From contig NC_068986.1 of NCBI RefSeq assembly GCF_001194135.2, positions 71,112,525-71,166,789 on the forward strand: DNA of 54,265 nucleotides, written 5' to 3'. Shown here one piece after another: positions 12,005 through 25,245 of the stretch. The translations under genes were made by a program, and so were the position numbers. This DNA comes from Octopus bimaculoides (lineage: Eukaryota). The notes beneath the pieces were generated by a model. It was not told where the DNA came from. It worked only from the letters and a program-made list of their open reading frames with translations, and did not search any database. How positions within the stretch are numbered: position 1 is the first letter of the stretch; each line of letters opens with the position of its first letter.

Positions 12005-12569
12005 GTGTTTATGTGAAGGTTTTAGGCTAAAAACTGTATCAGTTACGCCAGTCTGGGACGATTTGAATAGGTCATGATCTTTGCCATCTTTCCCTAGTAT
12101 TAATTGAGCGTCTTAATTGCATGTCTCATCTTTTTCTCTTATTATTCACCCATCTCACACTTTTCAACTCTTCGCCACAGATTTCACTGTATCTCCACAA
12201 TCTTAAATTCCTTTGCTAAGGGCCATTAACGATGAACTGGCAACCATTCTACCAGTTCATTTGCAGTCTATTGCGTTAAACAACCCGGCATATGATTCAT
12301 TTACCTTCAACATAATTTATAAACATACATACATGCATATATATATATGTGTGTATGTATATATATATATATATATATATACATAATATGTATGTATGTA
12401 TAAATTAGTCAGAGCAGAGTGGCAGGGACCAAAATGTTTTCAAGTTCTCGTATCCTAGGGTAACTGATTCGGGTTTTGGTTTTTGGCAAGCCAGAAAATA
12501 TGAGGGTACAATGTGGATAGGAAGAGAACCAAATGCTAATCCGAACGTTTGTTCAAACACACATACACG

Positions 12570-12662
<93 letters not shown>

Positions 12663-12937
12663 CTGCGAATTAGATATAAAATCTGAAGAGAGTTTTGTAT
12701 CGTCAGATGAAGCAGGAGAGAAAATAATTTAAAATGTTGCACAAAAGATAGTAAGAGCACTTATCAAGTGCCTAAACGATTTTTCTGTTGGGCCTTTGTG
12801 TTTGTCTAGATATTTGAATAAAACTTTGAAAACTAGTCATTGACTGGTTATAGTTATAGAATGGCTCTAATCAATTATAGCTAAGTATACTAATATATAA
12901 TTTATTCATGAGTAATATGTCTGTTATGTTTATACAC

Positions 12938-13059
12938 TTATTAGCTGCGGAATTTCGTCTAGCGTTAAAAACCACTTGAATATCTCAAAACCTCAGTCTT
13001 TTTCTAATAATAGATGTCTTATAGAGACTTTTCCACGGACGAAATTCCGCAGTTAATAA
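12938..13059. mobile_element. MITE-like element, 22-bp terminal inverted repeats
   Basis: TTATTAGCTGCGGAATTTCGTC (12938-12959) vs GACGAAATTCCGCAGTTAATAA (13038-13059), 21/22 complementary. Confidence 0.65.
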
Positions 13060-14264
13060 AGATACGCTTTAAGTATATGATATCCGTAATGCATGCGTTA
13101 TTAGAACTGCTATTTCAAAATTTGATTTCGTATATCTATTCATTTGAACACTACTACTTATTATTATTATGAAAGAGGGGTTCTTGATTGTAGAGCTGAT
13201 TTTGTATATTCTTCTCACTTCATTGTAAAACATATATTTCTGAGGAACTTATAATGAAGAATATTGAACCCCGATCTTTTAGAAACAGTCGTCAGTTTGC
13301 TGCCTAAGTTTTTAAATCAGATATTAAATTATTTGCCATCTAACTTGTCAATATCTTCAACTATATATATATATGAATATATCTGGTCTCTAACAATAAA
13401 GTAAACTCAGCTTATTTCAAAGAATACTTAACCTTATTATTAGGACACCACTGTAATCATTAGTTAGTTTCTGGGAATAATTTATACATTTCCAGGCGGT
13501 ACTGCGCTGTCTTATGAAGGAAACAAGTAAAAGAATCTGAAATAAACTAGCCATAAAATCGTTTAAAAATTACATCACATGTTACTTAAGCTATCTATGG
13601 AAAACAGTTTTACACTATATTTCATCTGAATGAAATTAGCAATAAAACTGTTTTTGAAGATCTAAAAATAAATCAATTATAATTTCTGTGGTTCAGCTCA
13701 TAGCTTAGTAAAATTAACTCTTTTTCATTTTTCGTAACGGTTTACCATGTAATCAGGTATCAATGACTAATCAGCAAAGTTATTGGTCAATGAATTGGTC
13801 AATCTAACTGGTAATGAGTAATTTGTTTACCTGTCTGGTTGGTGGGCAAAATGCTCTATTTAAATGTTTTGAAAGTGCTAGAAAAAACAGCCAATTACCC
13901 CTCAAATTACGTCCAAAAATAGCAAGAATACAGTGGATTACGCAGTTTTCAATGTGCCATTTCTAAACCTTTTGTCACTGTTTCGAGCTGGTGTAATGCT
14001 AAATAATTATAATTACAATAATTATAATAACTTCTTTTAAACGTTGATTTCTAGGAGAAAGAAATCATTGCCCGTATGTTGTAGTAGCGCCTACTCTGAT
14101 AAAAAAAAAAAAACTTAGAGAAGATCGGGTAAACCACATGTATTTAATACAAATTTCGAATGTTAAGCTCATGATATTGCAGAGCCCTCAGATAACGGCC
14201 TTCAGAATAACATTTGTCATTTCAGAGTGGTCTTGTAAAGTTAGATACTATCTGTTTGTTACAG

Positions 14265-14368
14265 GAAGTAAGTTACAGAACCACATTGATCCCAAACACT
14301 TTCAGCTTTACCAATCAAATGATGACATTAGTCGTAAAACCGACAGCGACATCGATTATAATAACTAC
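14265..14368 (+). CDS. Candidate internal coding exon of an unidentified gene (SKLQNHIDPKHFQLYQSNDDISRKTDSDIDYNNY)
   Basis: Acceptor tctgtttgttacAG, donor GTAAGA, 104 nt, open frame phase 1 to 0, non-repeat composition. No recognised homology. Confidence 0.35.
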
Positions 14369-16111
14369 GTAAGATACAGCACCCACTGTTAGATTAATCA
14401 TGAAGAACACAAAAAAAAGTTTCAACAACTGTACCCTTAGTAGCATCAGTTGAAATTTCTATATTAATCATAAAATCCCTAGCAAGTCATCATGATACGA
14501 ACAATTATAGCTATATCATCTCAATAACCTCATCTTTCATAACAGTAACGGTTACATTGTGGAATGTATTTAGTTACGGTCCTTTACATTCTGAGTCCAA
14601 ATCCTGCAGCGGTCACTTTTGATTTTCATCTTTCTGGGGTTGATAAAATAAAGTACTAATCGAATACTAAGGTAGATAATCGACTGTTCTTATGCCCAAA
14701 TTTCTGGTGTCCGCCTCTATTTGAATGGGTTGTTTACCAAACTAGTCACATCAATCACAGTAATCATCTAAACTTCAAAAAACATAACAACTTCATTTAG
14801 AGCAGTTACACACCGATAACAACATTTAGCTATTTTTGTAAGGAAAAAAACTGGGTTGCCCAAGCCACAACTTTAAATTGTGGTGAGGATGAGAAACTAA
14901 ATGAATATTTATTTATCATAACTTTGTATAAACCGGATTATAACCTGAGTTACTCAATTTATTGGAAAATAATAGGACATTTTGACCTAAAGTATAAGCC
15001 AGAATTGAAAGCAAATAAAATTTCGGTGACTATAACTTCTTGTCAATCGCAACTAGACAAAAGTGACAACTCTGATTTTCTGAGGTTTGTTTCATACGAG
15101 AAAAATTTATACCTACTTATGTATATTACCGGAGTTTATTCTATTTAACTGGATAAACCAGAAAAACAAAGCAAAAAGTAAACAAAATAAACTAAAAAAA
15201 AACAAAAAACGATAAACCTAACATGAAGTTTGTTCAAATGGGAAATTAATCTAATCTATGAATATGGAAAAGCCACTTGAGGAATGAGTTTTGTAGTGGA
15301 TAAGCAATAGAAAACGAGTTTGTTTAAAACTTTAGTACTGTACAATAAAACGATTACAATTAGTTCTGATAATGAGTATTCAGTTCTACGTTCAATTGAA
15401 TGAACGTGTACATGGTTGATTATTCCAGAAGCAATTTTCAAACAGAATGAGCGTGACAATGCGTAGCAAAGTTTGACTTTGAATTATGAGTACAATATTA
15501 ATCAACAGTTTCACTCAACAATAAAAACACCATCTACAAATTCATTAATGATATTTTTGTTAGAATTTACAATAAAGAATTATGATTAGAAACAGAAATG
15601 AGCTCATGCATATGATGACTATGATGCTGAACAAACTCATCAGTCTTGTTGACGTTTCGTTGTGCGTTGCAATATACATAATTCTGCATTATCACATTCA
15701 AGTGTTGAATATGCAAAGAGTACCTGCGATATACAGTCGTCCTTTGTCTTTCATCCATATAACGTTATGAAACGGCCTCACCTTGCATTCGACATATTTG
15801 TAGTTTTTCTTTATCATTACTTCAAAAGAAAAAAAAAAGGCGAGAAACTTAGAACAAATTTTTGATAAAACACCAGCCATAGACCAGCAACATGTAGTTC
15901 AGTACCTCACATCTCCGAGTTCGAATCATAATGTGTAGACCCGATTTTATTAAGTTTTGCTCGTTAATGTACATGTATTATAGTCTCATCACTTTTGATT
16001 GTTAATACTCAAATATATACATATTATAGCCGTTCGATTATATTTAAGAAACCTTTCTTGCGCAAAAATGTTATTGCCTGTGCAAGAATGGGCCTAATGT
16101 TTATACAAACT

Positions 16112-16358
16112 AGGGTGTCAAGCTGGCAGAATCGTTAAGCACGCCGAGCGAAATGCTTAGCCGCTTTTCGTCTGCCGTTACGTTCTGAGTTCAAATTCCG
16201 CCGAGGTCGATTTTGCTTTTCATCCTTTCGGGGTCGATTAAATAAGTACCTGTTACGCACCAGTGCGTAACAGGTATTTATTTAATCGACTTAATCCATT
16301 TGTCTGTCCTTGTTTGTCCCCCTCTATGTCCACCCCCCTGTGGGCAATAAGGAAATAA
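16112..16358 (+). mobile_element. tRNA-derived SINE (family B)
   Basis: Head agctggcagaatcgttaagcacgccgagcgaaatgcttagc, B-box-like gagttcaaattcc, body gtcga..ttgc.tttcatcctttcggggtcga. Multiple copies in the window. Confidence 0.9.
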
Positions 16359-16740
16359 ATATTTATACAAACTGCATTTTGTTGATACGCAAATCAGTTC
16401 TCTTTCAGAGAGCGGTAGGGTGATTTAATGTGATATTTGCGTGGTGCATTTAGCAGGTCGGGCGACAAAGCAGAAGTTCCCTCATCGGTTCGATTGTCAG
16501 TGTGCTCGTTATGTAATATATATTAATAATCTTACTTCATATAACAACGTTTAGGTGTAAATGGTCCGGATATATGTGTATGCGTGTCTGTAATAGTGAT
16601 AGCAATTTGAAAAAAGAAACAGTAGTATAATTTATACACATGCATACATCCACACACACACACGCATATGTGCATGCTATAAAATTTATAGACATTCTTA
16701 TATGCACACACATAAATCCATGCGTGCGCGCACACACGCA

Positions 16741-16783
<43 letters not shown>

Positions 16784-16789
16784 CAAATA

Positions 16790-17000
16790 CTGGTTTCAAA
16801 TTTTGGCACAAAGCCAGCAATTTCGGGGAGGTGGGGCAAGGTGATAACATCGACCCCAGTGTTCAACTGGTATTTATTTTATTGATCCCGAAGAGATTAA
16901 ATGCAAAGTCGATCCTCGGCGGAATCTGAATTAAGAACGTGAAGACGGACGAAATGTCACTAAGCATTATGCCCAGGGTGCTACCGATTCTGCCAGCTCG

Positions 17001-17006
<6 letters not shown>
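16790..17006 (-). mobile_element. tRNA-derived SINE (family B)
   Basis: Reverse complement of the 16112 copy (gattctgccagctcgcc at its 5' end). Confidence 0.88.
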
Positions 17007-17050
<44 letters not shown>

Positions 17051-17390
17051 TATTTATGCGTACACATGCAGATATACATTACATATAATTACATCTACTT
17101 GCATATATATGTACACACACACACATACGTAAATATGTATATACATACATGCATGTATACATTTATGTATGTACTTATAGATATATTCATAAACATATTT
17201 GTGTATATATATAAATGTGTACATGTCTGAGTTTGATCAACTAAAAACAAGAACTCTCAAGGCGATACCTCAGCATATACATGTATAAATGTGGCTTTAC
17301 ATATATATATATATACATATACATACATACACATACACATAAGTACATACACACACATATGTATATATATATATATGTGTNNNNNNNNNN

Positions 17391-17472
<82 letters not shown>

Positions 17473-18315
17473 TAAAAAACATAAATGGATAAAATAATCG
17501 CTCGCTTGTACCACTGAGGATTAAAAGAAGGTTGATCTAATTTGACTTGTATTTCATTCAACTTTGCCATAAAACAGCTCAGGCCCGCGGCAAACATTCC
17601 CTAAAAAATAACATTTCTATAAGATATGTCCACATGTGAAACAATATGTGAGTGACTGTGTGTGAGCTGATTGCGTGTTCGCACGCATGTTTATGAAATT
17701 TATAAGAAAAACAAACAACTTACCAATTCTTAGTTTAAGGATGTTGGAGGATGACGTGCAGTTTGGTATGAAAGCACAAGCGAAGATATAGCGGTGGAAC
17801 GATAATATTTGGCAAAAAGTAAGTATGTAGAAAACGAACGATGTCATGATGGTTAAATGTCTCTGTAAGAACTTTATAGTTCATATGAAAAAAGTAGGAA
17901 ATCCTTTAAAAAACACTAAATAGAAGTCTTCCTGGTCAGTTCACTCTTCGATAAATATGACTCTTCTTGACTGGATCCCTGTCCGATAATTCAACTTTGA
18001 GGAATTTGTTATGCAAATTTGACAATAATAAACTGGACAATTGATTTACTCCGCGTGTTTTTCATCTTGGATGAAATAATGATAGATTAAAAGTGAAAGT
18101 AGGAGAAGAGTGAAAAAGGACTAGAAAGTGAGAGAGAAGTATGTGAGTGCATGAAAGATATAGAGAAAGTCAGAGTGAGAAAATAAAAAGAGAGAGAGAG
18201 AGAGAGAGAGAGAGCATAAAGAAATTGAGGGTAGTAGCATAAATAAAAACAAAGCAGATAATTAATAACAAGGACGATTCCAAACGCCAAAGGTGGGTGA
18301 TAAATATTTTAAGAA

Positions 18316-18373
<58 letters not shown>

Positions 18374-18834
18374 TTATGTGTGTATGTATATGTATGTTTG
18401 TATGTAGATGTGTGTGTGTAGGCAGTCAATCATACAAACACACCCTTAAATGTACACATATGTATTGTTCACAGATAGTTCGAAATGAAGATGTTAAAAT
18501 GATATAGAATAATTAAAGTGAACTTTAAAAGCCGCGTGAATTTCTCTTGTGACTAGTCGAGTGAAAATACTTAGAATTATACATAAGGCGCAACGTACTT
18601 TTTAACTTTAGGTTGACATATACAATGTTTGAGACTAAACAGGATGCGAGCTTTCCTAAAAATTTATTGATTTCTATCTCACTAAATGCCAACAGAGTAA
18701 ATATACCACTAATAGCATTAATATGTTTTTATAGAAAGTGTTATTGGAGGATGCGATATATACATTTTAGGAAATGTATTTTAACCAACATTACAGAAAA
18801 TGCTTTCATTCTTCATAACTCAGTGTGGTGGTGT

Positions 18835-18960
18835 ATGACAGAATCAGTAGATTATCATCCCCTTACGTTTTGAGTTCAATTCCCACTGGCGTCGAATTTT
18901 CATTTCATCATTTAGGACTATATAAAATAATACCCCTCAAATACCTGGTCGATATAATCT
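18835..18960 (+). mobile_element. Degenerate SINE family B
   Basis: cagaatcagtag..ttacgttttgagttcaattcccactggcgtcgaattttcatttcatc. Confidence 0.6.
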
Positions 18961-21900
18961 ACAAACTCTTGCTTACCAAAATGTGTGACTTTGCGCATAT
19001 CATAGAAACTACAATTTGAAATTATTTTCTACGAAATTTTCGAGATTCTAATTTAATATCTAACATGTTTTGGTTTTGTCTCTCTAAATTCCGAGTTCAG
19101 TTTTCACCAATTTTTGCTTTGCCATTTCCTCCGAATTAAAGATCGACAGGATAAGTATACATTGCCTTTATTCAACTGACAAAATCTGCCTCTGCACAAA
19201 ACTCTTAACATGGAAATTTATAATAGGCCTCTAGTGCAATGTTAATTTTTTTACGATTAAAAAAGACTATTCTATAGCAATAAATATGTACTTAATCTAG
19301 TTTACGTGGTTAAAATGTTCCCTATTCAAAACAAATGCACTTGGGCAACGGAATACACCATCCACATATTGTATACAGTTTTAAATGATGCTTTAATAAA
19401 TAAAAGATGCGTTACTTTTACGTACGTATCTGTTACGAACAAGCAATTAACTTAATGTGAGAAGTAAGTATCAAATCAATGTATTTAAATTAAAGTATCG
19501 GAATTTTGGGTTAAAAAGAGCACATGACTTTATAATCCACGAGTTTTTTAAAGATAATTTTTCATAATACATCGAATAAAGTTAAAATTGAATTGTGGCA
19601 TTATTTCATATACTTTCTGAAAACAGTTTTAAACAGCGCAGTCACCATCAAATATTCGTAGTCTTCCCTCTTAAAATAGCAAACCTTTTCTTGTTTGATA
19701 CAACTGGAATACATAGGTCAAACATAAGCAGGTAATAACAAGACATGGGACCAGATTCCAATTATACTTTACTTTGATTTCCATTCTCAGAAATTGATAA
19801 AATATATACTTCTTACGCACTGAATTCAATTTAATATATTAAAAAATTCCTATACAAATTTGTGACTATATGTCATTGTGAGAAAGCAACGATGAAATCT
19901 TTACAATTGACATAGAGCTTTCATAAAGATTCTGAAAGCTTTTGTAATGACATCTTCATTGAGTTTTGAAATATTTACCTTTTTAGTGATCATTTCAAAT
20001 TAAATTCAATAAATTTTCAACACGCCTAGCTTCAATCTTCACTGTTTCTACGTAAGTATATTATTTCGAGTAGTTATTTTATTATTCATTCACTCAAGAA
20101 GAGTAATAGATAAAAAAAATAATACACTACAAAGTAATTATTTAATTTTGATAATTTTCTTTTGTTAGCTGGAAAATAAATCTCGAAACGTGATTCTTTA
20201 TATAAAGCAAATATGTTTGAATGGCATTTCAAAGACTGAATTATTTAATTTCAGTGAAGTCGGCAATATTTTCCTTGAAACCATATAAATATAATCCTTC
20301 ATGTAACTTTATAAGTACATTTATTAAAGTGCCTATACAAACGCATTGTTTGTAAGCTAATAAGTAAAATATTATTCAATAATATGAATAGTGCTAAGCA
20401 ACTAACAATCAACTCAGGTATTTAGACAAAATATCAAAATCTATTTGATTCACAATCGACAGAAAGAGCTGTCACTGTTGAAAGAATGGAATTTAAATTC
20501 ATTTATATGGGATTCGTAATTTTATATACAGATATATTTATATAAATATATTCCCCTGGAAAATATTTGTAACTTCTCTAGTTACAATAAATTCATTCCT
20601 ACGCTGTTAAATTTATATTCAATAAGGAGAACTTGTGAATTTCAGAGTTAGGTGTGACATGATAATGTCATGACTTAATATAGTAACTGCGGTTATAGTT
20701 TTAAGAAATTTGTCTCTTACTTTTAGGATCTTTCTCTAGGTATTAGTGTTAGCTATTGGGGTTGCAGACTTTTAACTCCTGGTATCAGCGTATAATCTCT
20801 GACTGCATATTTTCATGATTCAGTCAGAGGAGGAGTGACAGTGTCCATGACCTTTTTCATGGAGTCCGAGACTGGTGAGAGTAAGAGAGAAAGTTATATC
20901 TTCAATCCGAAGATCGGGGCCTAATAACTGCAAACTGAACAAACCACGCTAAAAGTATCTAAATGCCAGATAGGAGTGTTAAGTATAAAAGCTATATGAT
21001 GATATGCATAAATATTGCTTTGTCATCAAAAAAGTTTATATTATGCATTTGTTAATCACGTTTGTGCAGACTATTAAATATTTCCTTTTCAACTCTGCAA
21101 ACTATTCCTCTCAAATGTACGAACTCTACTGTTCCAGTACAAAGGATGCCAAGTGCCAAACATATATTACAATGTACCAAGATGTAGTTTTACTCATATA
21201 ACATTGCACCAATATGGACAGTATAAATTTTAGCTATAAATTATTCAAAGTAACAAAACAATGACCCTTGGCACTAGCAAGAGATGAAACAGAAAAAAGG
21301 CATACAAAAAATCGAATTAAAATAAATACACGGAGAATACAGCCTGCATCAAGAATATCTTTCACCCTTTCTATTTATGAGTAAAAAATATTCATTAGTG
21401 ATTCATAGACTGTGGAAGTTACAAAACAAGACTTTGTAACAAGTTGAATAAACTGTGTGTGCGCAGGCATGTGCGATTGCGTTAGAGACATCATATAGCT
21501 CAGCTTCCTTTTTAGTCTGTATGATTATAGAGGACGGGTCTAAGGTTCTTTGGGAAGTAGTGTGTCAACTGAGAAGGAATTCGTTTTTTTTTTTCAGTTA
21601 TAAGAAAATACAGACGGAACGTAAAAAGAATAAAGTTACAAAACTGAAATCTGAGATATTAAAAGAGTATCCCACATATAAAATACATGATCGCGTGTAT
21701 TCAAACATACATACATATATACATACACGCATATATATACATGTTATATAAATAATTCAATATTTTAAGAGTAACATAATGCTAAATGCGGTCATTTTTG
21801 TGAAGAACTTGTAATTTATAGTTAATATCAATAATGCAATTAAGCAATGGAAATTGAACTCAGAGCACAAAGAGCCGGAAGAAATACTGCAAGACATTCA

Positions 21901-23303
21901 GCGCTTTACACCAAATCTTAAAAACATTTTTTCAAAAATATTTCTAAAAACTTTCTAAGACCTAAAATTATTAAAATGTTCAGTAAATTTAAAATAAAAA
22001 TCTAATATAGGAAATTAAAGCGATTTAGCGTGTTTGTGAGGACTTTGAATATGGCAGGTGTTTTCCAAAGTGTCTTTACTTCTTGAATATCTCGTATCTA
22101 GGTGTATGTGTGTTCAGAAGAATGAGATTGCTAGATATAACTGCAGCTTCCTAAATTAATATTTCTACAATGAAGGACATCTTAAAGAGAAGGTGGTCGG
22201 GTTTTTACACTAACAGTTTCTCTCAGTATTATAATGGAGGAATGAGCATAAAAAGTTTCGTAATGGTGATGGAGTTGTAATTGATTTTAATGTTAAACTT
22301 GTCAAAAGTTTTCTAAATGTGTACTTTAAAGAAAAGTTTTTGTCGTTGAACGTTAAGAAAATCTTTGCCATGCTGGAATTACCGCCAAGTGAGAATGAGA
22401 GGGCAAACCATATTATAACATATGTTTTTTGTTGTTAGCAGTTAGGTATATGTTCAATTTTCACTTTGAATCTTACGACTTAAAAGCAATTTTATTGTAG
22501 GTGTTGTCTTATAAAATAACATCGTATTAGAAGGTAGGTTGGATTTTCTCTTGATTGTTCTGCTGATTACGTTTATATACTGTTGGTGGGTTGTAGGAGT
22601 ATATGTGTACATACATATGTGTACATACATATGTGTACATACATATGTGTACACACACACATCTACCGCTCCCACATAATGTGTCAGTATGTTATTTTGG
22701 AGTACTGTATGATTTATGGAGATTTCTACGGTGTGAGATTAGTTGTAAGAATATTAACTTTAGAAAACCTTTGTTTTTTTTTATAATCCGAAATTTATTT
22801 CTTGCTGAGTTGTATCTTGCTGATATGTATAAATTTACAAAATTGCACATATCTGCTCCGGCGTGTGTCCTCATGAATACATCAAAAATGCCCATTTGGT
22901 TAGATTTCTTTACTCAGTCATAGTTGCAGTAAAAAGAATAGTCTTTTTTTGCATGCCTATTTGCTTCAATATTGTTGTCCTTTAAGTTCTGGGAAAATCA
23001 TATTGCGCTAAAATGTAGTTTCTTAGAAATTGAGTGTTAAAAATCCAAGATGTAAAATTGTGTCAACATATATTTATCCTTGTTATTAATACTGTTGTAC
23101 CATACGGGTAAGATATATGGCTTGAGTGCAAATATGCCAATATGCGAGCATTTATACGAATGTATATATGTGTATCTATTTATGTGTTTATGTACCAGGT
23201 TGAGTCAAATGTTTTTTTCGTATTTCAAGCTTTCCTTAACAGTTCAAATAAATTACATACTAAAAGCGTTTAGTCATGTAAATATATCCTGTCATATTCC
23301 ACG

Positions 23304-23540
23304 CTAATACCATTTCGCTGGTTTAGAGGCAAAAAAAAAAACATACCCTGCACCCGTTTCCAACCTCATCCACATTGTTGAACCTCCGTGCAGGAAATGA
23401 GCTACAATTCGGAGAAGGTGGTTATCTGATGGTACAAGTTCTTGATTGTAGGCAGGATCAGGCAGCACTTCCTCAAGTCTGCATTCATACCAATCAGATG
23501 GTATAAACGTGTAATTGAGCTTTTTGCACAGCCATGCCAA
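23304..23540 (-). mobile_element. Mariner transposase C-terminal fragment
   Basis: EVLPDPAYNQELVPSDNHLLRIVAHFL..FFASKPAKWY matches the mariner LPHPPYSPDLAPSDYHLF..FFASK motif. Confidence 0.85.
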
Positions 23541-23549
23541 CAGACATTC

Positions 23550-23936
23550 TTTTATTCTCTTATTCTTTTACTTGTTTCTCTCATTTGACTGTGGCCATGA
23601 TGGAGCACCGTCTGAAGGGTTTTTTTAGTCGATGGAATCGACACCAGGACTTATTTTTTTAAGCCTAGTACTTATTGTATCGGTATCTTTTTGCCGAACC
23701 GCTAGGTTACGGGGACGTAAACACATCTGGTGGTAGCGGGGGAGGGACAAACACAGACACAAAGATACACACACACACATACACATATGACGGGTTTCTT
23801 TCAGTTTCCGTCTACCAAATCGACTCACAAGGTTTTGATCGGCCCGAGACTATAGTACAAGACATTTGCCCAAGGTGCCACGCACTAGGACTGAACCCAG
23901 GAAGCAGGATTCTTACCACACAGCCACGCTTGCGAC
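23550..23936 (-). mobile_element. tRNA-derived SINE (family A), full length
   Basis: Head rc gtggctgtgtggtaag..gggttcagtcc, body gacgggtttctttcagtttccgtctaccaaat, tail cttgtttc..catttgactgtggccatg. Confidence 0.9.
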
Positions 23937-24470
23937 ATGAGTAAGCATTTTTGAAGGTTGACTGACAGCTGTCTATGTGAAAAATCTCCCGTCCTCACAA
24001 CACCGATGATTATCCGCTGGAACAGCCACCAACTTGTTCAGATAAATGTTACTGAGATAAATATCGTCGTATGCATTGTTGTAAGAACACAGAAGCTTAG
24101 ATCAGATACCGCAAAGAATCTTCTCGTCAAACCTTCTAACCCACATCCCCGGATTGGTACCTTTTATCGACCCCGGAAAATGGATGGCAAAGTGTTGCAA
24201 GAAAAGTCCAGAGGAATGATATCCTATATATATATATATGTGTGTGTGTGTGTATGTAAGTTCAAAAAAGGAAAAAGACAAAAAAAAAAACAACAAAAAA
24301 AAAACAACAACGTGAGGACGTGATACAGATTGTGCTACTGGACGCTCGGGAAAGGAAAGAAAGAGAATGTACGTATGCATGTAGCCCGCGCTCCTCTAGT
24401 CGACTCCACACTGCCCTCCTTTAAACGCCCTCCTCTGTAACCTACACGATCTACTTCCATCCCAACCGAA

Positions 24471-24860
24471 CCCGGATCCTTCTCTTGCTCTAGATCCCGC
24501 TACCACACCTGCCCTTTCATCACCAACACCACCTCTCCCACTGGATCCAACCAGCACACCCTCCACATTAGAAACTACCCCTGCACTTCTTTCACCTTTA
24601 TCTATTGCATCAGATTCAATCTCTGCAACAAACTCTACGTTGGTCAGACGGGCCGCCGTCTGACCGACCGGTTCACCGAACACCTACGAGATTTACTCAG
24701 CTACGTGCGAACACTCCCCGTCGCCCGTCATTTTCGCTTGGCCACAAATATCTCCGTCTTCGGCCTCGCCCTGCACCACGGATCCACCGACTCTTGACTC
24801 CGCCTTGAACAGCGTTACATTTTCAGTCTGCAAGCACAAACATCTTACAGATTCAACACA
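24471..24860 (+). pseudogene. Penelope GIY-YIG endonuclease remnant (not in the ORF track)
   Basis: PGSFSCSRSRYHTCPFI..YPCTSFTFIYCIRFNLCNKLYVGQTGRRLTDRFTEHLRD..PVARHF..*LRLEQRYIFSL. Shows the two tyrosine motifs (IYCI, YVGQ), R-EH and the PLE CCHH pattern, with one in-frame TGA. Confidence 0.9.
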
Positions 24861-25199
24861 ACCCCCTCCTCTCAATGACTGTCTTTACACCCTCCTTAAA
24901 AAAGATAACTTTGTATCCTATCTTATATTCACTCGTTGTTTTACATTTTTATTCGTTTTTTTAATGAATTTTTAAATAATTTTTTTATCTGTCGTAATTG
25001 TTTAATTTGGTCCTTTTATTTTATCGTATCTATTTATGATCTCCATTTAGCTTTCTTTTTTATAATTATATTAAGTTCTAATTTATCTTTTTAATTTTCT
25101 ATCTTTTTATTTGTTATTTTTTATTTATTAATTTAATTTTTTCAGCTTGTATTTTTTTTCTTTTTCCTTTATTATTTTTTCCATTTTATTTTAATTTTA

Positions 25200-25206
25200 T
25201 ATATAC

Positions 25207-25245
<39 letters not shown>

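Noticed and set aside
10789-12077. 100-250 aa Ile/Tyr-rich ORFs
   Set aside because: Translations of degenerate (TA)n microsatellite.
15630-15670. Minus-strand GAAACGTC..CTGATGA hammerhead-like words
   Set aside because: The order would need a type II topology, but the 7 nt between them cannot form stem I.
16112-16200. tRNA-like heads (also 23880-23936, 49634-49705)
   Set aside because: These are SINE heads continuous with SINE bodies, with no complete cloverleaf; not tRNA genes.
17738-17818. Exon-like segment ending in a strong GTAAGT donor
   Set aside because: Stops in all three frames; at most a non-coding exon, with no further support.
20780-20845. CTCTGACTG/CAGTCAGAG hairpin with a TAATCTC (miR-216-like) seed
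   Set aside because: The stem is only 9 bp with an asymmetric outer region; not a pre-miRNA geometry.
22605-22650. Short regularly spaced repeats (14-bp unit tgtgtacatacata)
   Set aside because: Perfect tandem minisatellite without spacers in a eukaryotic context; not CRISPR.
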